Shown: piece by piece, positions 57,704 to 64,000 of the stretch
Position numbering within the stretch: the stretch's first letter is position 1
Layout: every line of letters begins with the position of its first letter
Notes under the pieces: model-generated
Told to the model about the DNA's origin: nothing
Databases searched by the model: none
The model's input: the letters and a program-made list of their open reading frames with translations, nothing else
Made by a program: the position numbers and the translations under genes
DNA from: a virus
Lineage: Duplodnaviria; Caudoviricetes
Virus record (IMG/VR): IMGVR_UViG_3300021387_000452
Length of the DNA: 64,000 nucleotides
Reading direction: 5' to 3' (one strand)

Positions 57704-60700
57704 CTACTCTTCTATAATACCCAAATTAATAAAGACTGATTCTGAAAGCTTGTTAATTGCACCTTCTTCAATAGTGTTCAAGTTTACTGTAGTCTGTCTA
57801 AATGTGTAACCTCGGTTTAGATATTCATCTCTTGGGAGCCACCAATTCTCTTCATCGCCATACACCAAATCTCTTGTTCGCATATACTTTGGATATAGCT
57901 CTACAAGTTGTGAGTTCCACATACCGTCTCCAAGCTCACTCGGCAAGTACTCTTGATTATCATTATTAGCTCGAGCACTTAATTTGCTAACTGTGAAGTC
58001 AACATACGCAGCATCCAATCTAGTATACTGAATTACTTGTCGATTGATCTCACTTGGCTTAAATGCAAAGTAAGCTCTATCTAATCCCTTATTCTGAGAT
58101 CCATCTTTATGATAAGTAATTATAATTTCGTATTCTCCGGTATCTTCTAATGTTATAGTAAAATCATTCCACGAATACTCAGATAGAATAACTGAACTTG
58201 AGCTCGTACCAGATCTATAAAAGTCATGACTAGAAATCACATTTCCAAGCGAGTCTCTAACTTCAATGGATGGGTAATCCCACATAGATGTAGAAGCTGG
58301 ATTACTTGGGATTTCACCACAACCCATTATTTTTACGCTGAAGCTAAATTTCTTCGGTACATAAAGCTTGAGCTTCATTGATGCAGTACTATTATGAACA
58401 TGATAGTTGCTATAACTCTTAAATACCTCATAGTCTAAATCATTTAACAACCCAACTATGTAGCTATCATTTGAATCAGCAGCGTCTGTACGCATCCATT
58501 GACCATTAAGATCAATAGACACACTTTGATTATTTAATTCAACTTTATGAGCATCGCATACTAGCTCGTAAGTAGTTACACCAGAATCATTGTTTGTAAA
58601 CAGCTCCATTCTTGCTATGTCATAATCTACAGGCTCACCTTTTTCATTATATATTCCAAGCACATGATAATCTAGTGATGATGTGTTCGTGCTATATTTA
58701 TATAATTCATCAATTCCAAAGTTAGTATACTTTGAATGAATCCAACCGATTATACTTCCAGCCGTTATTTTTAACCAGCCTGCTGATTTATCAATTACAG
58801 TAAATGTTTGATTATCATTTAGTGTACCAACTATCTGAGTTGGTTGTCCGCCCTGACCATTAATAAGCGGGTTTGCATATACATTTATTGGAGATGAGCT
58901 GAAGACAGCGCCTTCATTATCTTCAAGAGAACTTGATCTTACTTTATATAAATAATTATGGAACTCATGAAGTTGGATGTCTTTCTTTGTTTTGCTAAAC
59001 CATAGACGATGAGTGTTTACAGTCTTGAATGTAACATAATTATACTCATTATGCGCAACACGAGTAAGCTCATTCAAGTTTACATACATTTCTCCAGTAC
59101 ATGGATTGCCTTCAATGAAAGCGTGTGGCTCATAATCATCTGAGTACTCACTTTCGCCATCATAGTATGGGCTACTATCTCCTTGGCCGTCATCTGTATA
59201 CTTGAGCAATAGATTGTATGACAAGATCGGATTGTACCAAATGTTATCAAGTTCTCCGTAGCTGTAAACATCTACTGCAGATCTCAGACTATCGCTCAAG
59301 TCTTTGTTGTCACCCTGATTATCATTAGCAGCTCTAGTGTAGCCAACATATAATGGGTCTAGCTTCCCTACAGTTGGGCGATCATATGAGGTGAATGTTT
59401 CCTTAGATACTGGTGGTTCATTATCAGAGACAATGCTCTCGTACTCTTCTACATTGCTTCCATCTGGATTTGATAGCTGAGGTCGATTCTCATTCTGCTT
59501 TAGATTAAACCAATTGAATAGAGAAGATTTCTCATTATCATCTGTATTTTGCTGAGCCATGTCAAAGAATGGAGTTTTCTCATTCCAAAATGGTTTATAT
59601 GTCTTTATATGATGAGCTTTGTCACTCTCTATCAAAGCATCTGTTGCTAGAACGTCCCATCTATATGGACCAGGTTCGTCACTCTTCTCATCAGTGTAAT
59701 CAATGAATTCATTCTCATCAATAGAATCAGTAAGTGGAGCTAGTGTACAGTAATTAATTTCTCGCTCAGTCGTAGATATAAATGGTATGTCAATAGTTAC
59801 GATGTCGACATCACAATATGGACTTATTCTAGAAATAACATCTTCAGTAGAAATTCCATCTGGTATTTGCATGCGTATTTCATCTCCATTAATAATGGAA
59901 ATAGCATGATTAGTAGCTGTCTGATCATCAAGGTTAAAAATGCTTGCTAGCGTCTCTTTAAGATTTATAAATACATCATCTCCTAAAGCATTACTAAATG
60001 AAGCTGCATAAGATGTGACTGTAGTAGTTACTGAATCTTCAACTATTTCAGTTGTATGACTATTTATAAAATCATATACTTGTTCGACAGTGTATCTATC
60101 TTTATCAAATGGAATACTAACTGGACAATTTCTTATTAAAGCAATAGCCTCATCAATGCTAGTTATCTGACAAACGGTTGCTATTACTTGAGCAACCATC
60201 ATCTCATAATCTTCATTATATGACACAAGAGTTAAGTGCTTATTGAATAAGAATCTCTGTAGTCTATTCGGCTCAGATGATCTATACATACCATGAGTGT
60301 TACATTTCGTTGGAAACGTAGACTCTGTGTCATATAGCTCTGTCTGATCTGGCTCATACACTTCTGGCGTATGTAATAGACTATATGGAGCTGAATCACT
60401 TCTGCTTATCTCAACTAGGCTATCATCAGTCTCTGTGTCATAATAGAAATACTTACCAGTCTCATGAATTGGCCACGTCCCACTACTATCTAAAGTCGCC
60501 TCTGTGTGAGTCATATTATTCATGTAGTGATAATCAAACCAGTACGGTGTTCTCCATGGGGTATTAGTACCGTTTTGCCAGTCATAGTGCATTGACGCTG
60601 GGTACTTACCATCATATGACATGCTATGTGGTCTATAATTCTTGAGATCGCAGTCTTCTACAAAGGTTAGTCTATCAAAGGCTAGCATATTTACGTTGTA

Positions 60701-61264
60701 GAAGTATGTAGAATCACCAGGATAGACTGGCCTTGGCCATGGGATATATAAATATGTGTAGCCGGCTGGAAGTGCCTGCGCTATAAGAATATCACTCTGT
60801 AGAGCCATTGACGCAGAGCTAATTACTCTATTGTCTGAATGTCTAGACGCATTTCCACTAATATAGAAATAGCCGTCCATATCAGAACCGATTTCGTAAT
60901 GTCGTAAAACCTGAATTGTTCTAAAGTTGTATTCGCTCTTTTTTGAAAATCCAGTAGACCACACTCCCTCAAACTGCCCACCAGACTTAGCAATTGCATA
61001 TAGTGCATTTTGTCTGGTTCTATTATGCTTTATAGACGGGTACATTCTGTAGAACCGTCCATTTGGCAGCCAGTTATCTGTCATGTTTTCTACTTTAATA
61101 TCATACAACTCTAGCTTATGGCGTATTTCGTCAGAAGTTAATTCGTCTATATCAAGGCACTTCAGCATTTCATACGCATGATCTATGACTGATAGTCGCA
61201 CCTCTTCTATAGCCTCTTCTAATTCAGGCATGTACTCAATAATATAATCCGGTAAAATCTTCAT
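57704..61264 (-). CDS. large baseplate/tail protein with SH3b-like domain
   Basis: Follows baseplate wedge gene; VGTL....FTVI....GWLKI.....GWI.SKY. Confidence 0.6.
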   Translation of the reverse strand: MKILPDYIIEYMPELEEAIEEVRLSVIDHAYEMLKCLDIDELTSDEIRHKLELYDIKVENMTDNWLPNGRFYRMYPSIKHNRTRQNALYAIAKSGGQFEGVWSTGFSKKSEYNFRTIQVLRHYEIGSDMDGYFYISGNASRHSDNRVISSASMALQSDILIAQALPAGYTYLYIPWPRPVYPGDSTYFYNVNMLAFDRLTFVEDCDLKNYRPHSMSYDGKYPASMHYDWQNGTNTPWRTPYWFDYHYMNNMTHTEATLDSSGTWPIHETGKYFYYDTETDDSLVEISRSDSAPYSLLHTPEVYEPDQTELYDTESTFPTKCNTHGMYRSSEPNRLQRFLFNKHLTLVSYNEDYEMMVAQVIATVCQITSIDEAIALIRNCPVSIPFDKDRYTVEQVYDFINSHTTEIVEDSVTTTVTSYAASFSNALGDDVFINLKETLASIFNLDDQTATNHAISIINGDEIRMQIPDGISTEDVISRISPYCDVDIVTIDIPFISTTEREINYCTLAPLTDSIDENEFIDYTDEKSDEPGPYRWDVLATDALIESDKAHHIKTYKPFWNEKTPFFDMAQQNTDDNEKSSLFNWFNLKQNENRPQLSNPDGSNVEEYESIVSDNEPPVSKETFTSYDRPTVGKLDPLYVGYTRAANDNQGDNKDLSDSLRSAVDVYSYGELDNIWYNPILSYNLLLKYTDDGQGDSSPYYDGESEYSDDYEPHAFIEGNPCTGEMYVNLNELTRVAHNEYNYVTFKTVNTHRLWFSKTKKDIQLHEFHNYLYKVRSSSLEDNEGAVFSSSPINVYANPLINGQGGQPTQIVGTLNDNQTFTVIDKSAGWLKITAGSIIGWIHSKYTNFGIDELYKYSTNTSSLDYHVLGIYNEKGEPVDYDIARMELFTNNDSGVTTYELVCDAHKVELNNQSVSIDLNGQWMRTDAADSNDSYIVGLLNDLDYEVFKSYSNYHVHNSTASMKLKLYVPKKFSFSVKIMGCGEIPSNPASTSMWDYPSIEVRDSLGNVISSHDFYRSGTSSSSVILSEYSWNDFTITLEDTGEYEIIITYHKDGSQNKGLDRAYFAFKPSEINRQVIQYTRLDAAYVDFTVSKLSARANNDNQEYLPSELGDGMWNSQLVELYPKYMRTRDLVYGDEENWWLPRDEYLNRGYTFRQTTVNLNTIEEGAINKLSESVFINLGIIEE

Positions 61265-61350
61265 TACTCATGCCTCTGTGTAAGTCGCACTTTAGATGAA
61301 TCTTGATAATAGTTAGATATAGATTATACACCTGAGTCTGGGTAAACTAA

Positions 61351-61380
61351 AACGAGCTATCACATTTGCAATAGCTCGTT
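61351..61380 (-). terminator. intrinsic terminator
   Basis: AACGAGCTAT/ATAGCTCGTT. Confidence 0.7.
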
Positions 61381-61392
61381 GAAATATAAATC

Positions 61393-63360
61393 TTATCTTG
61401 TAACTGCTTTTACCATTACCACAATGTTATTTAACACTGGCACCATATAGTGATGATCGATGTAGTATTTATCTATTGTACGATACTGGTTAGTACCATC
61501 ATCTGTATCTTTATACCCTTTGAATATGTCAGTATCTTTATAGTCCCAACTTTCACTATCAAGATCACCATACGCAGCTTGATGACCAAGAAGATCTTCA
61601 TATGTTTGAACTTCGCTCTCACCAGCTGGAGATATCACATAAATATTTGTAAATTTATCTGGAAATGCGTTATATTTCACTGGTTCATACTTAATCCAAG
61701 TTTCATCATCTTTAGTTGCTGTCGTACTGATACCAGTCTTTGTATTATTGTATGAACGACCTTCTGAAACACACTTATAAATCTCATCTAGATCTTCATT
61801 CTCTAATTCAAAAACTCTATTGAATGTGTTATCAACAGTACCATAAGTAGAATCTCTAACAATGCAGCTATCCATACGAATTACTTTGTCAGAGGCTTTA
61901 TGTACAATGTAGTTTATCTTTGAAACCTCTGGAATCTTTTCACCTGGATCAGCTGTATAATACTCAAGTAGAGCTTTCTTTATTTGAGTAGCTACAGCTG
62001 AAACTGAAGTACCAAGCAAATAACACTCTGCCTTGACAACAATTGTATATGGGTCTTTACCATAGGGGATTAAAACAATGCAGTCTGATCGAGATGATCT
62101 CTCTTTTAAGTCTTCCCAAAGCTCTTTTCTACCATCATAATCAGCATCTGTTATAATATAAATTGTTCTTGGGATTAGCTCTGTACCTTCAGGGACTTTA
62201 TCAAATCGATAATTGTCAGCATGATCAAATACTTGGCAGTGCTGAGAAGTAGCTGCTTTTATGTATGAAGCATAATCATCCTTTGTTAGTAATGAAGCGT
62301 AACTTTGAACGAACTTCTTATAGTTTTCTCTTGTTACATTCGGATTCTCATATTCAGTATAACCTTTAATCCCATCACTTAATGATAGTTCATAACTAAT
62401 ACCACTGAGTATACTTGGATCACTGGCATATTCTGGCAATGGTTTAATGTAATCAGATATATTTATTGCAGCTGCATTTTCTGGAGTATCATCAATCTTC
62501 TTATCAATCGTTCTAATATATCTGAATGAGAACGTATCTTGCACATCAAATAACTCTTGGTAATTTGAAGGAAACTCAATCACTAATGATATTGCACCGC
62601 CAATAAACTTTGGTGTAATCGTAAACGAAGTTTCACTAAAGCCTGATCCAATAATATCATCTACATACTCTAATTCAATATCACCGCTCTTACTACTATG
62701 TTTTACAAGTGATAATAGATTTCTGTCTATCAATGCGTCTGGAATGTCAATAGTCGAATCACTATTGATGTCGCTATATGAAAAATTAAATGTTTCAAGT
62801 GTTCCAAGTACTACAGGTACTCGTGTAATCCTCTTTGCAGCTGTGTCTACATAATTTGTGTAATTATACCAACCATGCAAGTTCTCACTCTTTGTTGGAT
62901 CACCAGTAGCCTCAGCTCTAAGTGCAGCAGCATATTCTTTGTCTAGTGGCGCATAAATAGTATGCTCAACTTTTTCTGCTGCATATAGAGTATCGCCAGT
63001 GTTAGTTACTGGTATTGGGCTAAACTTATCAATCTTTAACTGAAGTTTATTACCCTGAGCCTTTGAATTAATTAGCAACGTTCCAAATGAAGCACGAGGA
63101 AGCATCATCTTATATCCCTCACGCATAGCATAAGAGTAGATTGAGGACGCTCTTTTTGCAGTAGCAACATCACACTCTCTTCTTAATTCATCTATTGTGT
63201 AATGAAGCTGATCACCCATACGAGCAAGTGATTCTGCAAATATGACAATAGGATCAGACAAGTTAGTCCAATCCCAGTCTCTAGGGAGTTTATTCCTTAA
63301 AAATGAAATTATCTCTTCTCTAAGTGTAGCATAATCTCTGCCGACAAATCTTGATACCAT
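61393..63360 (-). CDS. baseplate wedge subunit (T4 gp6/J-like)
   Basis: RDY..LR.E...FL....P.DW...N.SDP......A..GD.LHY.ID...RE, A...GY, LLT..DY. Confidence 0.85.
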   Translation of the reverse strand: MVSRFVGRDYATLREEIISFLRNKLPRDWDWTNLSDPIVIFAESLARMGDQLHYTIDELRRECDVATAKRASSIYSYAMREGYKMMLPRASFGTLLINSKAQGNKLQLKIDKFSPIPVTNTGDTLYAAEKVEHTIYAPLDKEYAAALRAEATGDPTKSENLHGWYNYTNYVDTAAKRITRVPVVLGTLETFNFSYSDINSDSTIDIPDALIDRNLLSLVKHSSKSGDIELEYVDDIIGSGFSETSFTITPKFIGGAISLVIEFPSNYQELFDVQDTFSFRYIRTIDKKIDDTPENAAAINISDYIKPLPEYASDPSILSGISYELSLSDGIKGYTEYENPNVTRENYKKFVQSYASLLTKDDYASYIKAATSQHCQVFDHADNYRFDKVPEGTELIPRTIYIITDADYDGRKELWEDLKERSSRSDCIVLIPYGKDPYTIVVKAECYLLGTSVSAVATQIKKALLEYYTADPGEKIPEVSKINYIVHKASDKVIRMDSCIVRDSTYGTVDNTFNRVFELENEDLDEIYKCVSEGRSYNNTKTGISTTATKDDETWIKYEPVKYNAFPDKFTNIYVISPAGESEVQTYEDLLGHQAAYGDLDSESWDYKDTDIFKGYKDTDDGTNQYRTIDKYYIDHHYMVPVLNNIVVMVKAVTR

Positions 63361-63371
63361 AGCAAAACCTT

Positions 63372-63725
63372 CTATGAAGCAACTCCATCAAGCACTGATA
63401 GTGTGACTTTGAATATTGTAGAATTCTTATTTAAGTTTATTGAGAATATAAGCTCTTTGTTCTCACCTATCTTATATGATATTCCAACAAGCTTGACGCC
63501 TTCAATAAGGCCAACTGCGGTCTTAATTTCCTGAGTGATAAGATTCAGTGAATAGAAATTAAGTATCTCATACTTAAGATCTCTTAAGCTACTACCGTAT
63601 GTTGGATAATACCATCTAGTACCAAGTCGAGTGTTGAGAATACTAACCAGCTCAGCCCTCAGCACTTCATTATCACTAGACAAGACGAAGTTACCATTTA
63701 CATATTTACCTGTGAAAGTCTTCAT
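63372..63725 (-). CDS. baseplate gp25/GPW-like protein
   Basis: ILNTRLGTR.Y.P.YGS.L. Confidence 0.85.
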   Translation of the reverse strand: MKTFTGKYVNGNFVLSSDNEVLRAELVSILNTRLGTRWYYPTYGSSLRDLKYEILNFYSLNLITQEIKTAVGLIEGVKLVGISYKIGENKELIFSINLNKNSTIFKVTLSVLDGVAS

Positions 63726-63734
63726 CTAAATCAC

Positions 63735-64000
63735 CTATATGAATAAATCTATGCAGTATAAATGATCCATAGAATTGCCAATTGCCATACAGAGCGCTTT
63801 GTCTCCATCTTTCCCTGTATGAATAAAATCTTCGCGCTCTCTAGCTGAAGCTTGAGAATCAGTTGCAGTCATATCATCACCATCACCTGGATTTTGATCT
63901 GACCCATCATCTGTTTTAATATCTGTTACGTCAGTGCACCACGGCATAGCAGATGCTTTATCAAGCTTTAGTTCAATGTCAAAGCCATCTAATCCTGAAT
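63735..64000 (-). CDS. partial CDS (N-terminus beyond window), baseplate region
   Basis: Frame is open to the window end (..SGLDGFDIELKLDKASAMPWC..). Confidence 0.55.
   Translation of the reverse strand, partial: SGLDGFDIELKLDKASAMPWCTDVTDIKTDDGSDQNPGDGDDMTATDSQASAREREDFIHTGKDGDKALCMAIGNSMDHLYCIDLFI

Noticed and set aside
1-64000. Stop-codon reassignment (as in some gut jumbo/crAss phages)
   Set aside because: Long conserved genes are intact in code 11, and TAA, TAG and TGA all end genes with tight packing.

Overview
A 64-kb piece of a large, AT-rich, contractile-tailed (T4-like/jumbo-type) phage genome, read in standard code 11, with almost all genes on the minus strand. Left (1-11.6 kb): an early region of small ORFs organised as about 10 repeated expression cassettes. 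Each cassette has a terminator arm GGTGATTTT, a TTTACR-N17/18-TATAAN promoter, a 5' RNA hairpin with conserved GAA-TGG-TTC apex, and a GGAG RBS. This region also carries a sigma-like factor, an HD protein, an amidoligase and an HslV/proteasome-beta-like protease. 12.0-12.4 kb: an ORF-free, highly structured plus-strand candidate ncRNA. 15.0-15.3 kb: palindromic 24-bp tandem repeats (origin/operator candidate). Middle: nucleotide and replication genes (dCMP deaminase, glyA, thioredoxin, family A DNA polymerase, nrdD/nrdG, tdk), an amidase, a SemiSWEET/PQ-loop protein, a Cys-rich lipoprotein, and two tandem restriction-endonuclease-like genes with no methylase next to them. About 10 otherwise unrelated proteins (including ankyrin and ART-like effectors) share a short LExR(I/V)xxLE tag, often followed by E|S-like sites. 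Right (50-64 kb): baseplate and tail-fibre genes. The best candidates for a new system are (1) the shared-tag cargo protein set plus the leader-bearing nucleases (putative capsid-loaded effector arsenal), (2) the structured ncRNA, and (3) the hairpin-leader cassette array. All family assignments come from motif recognition by eye, not database searches.
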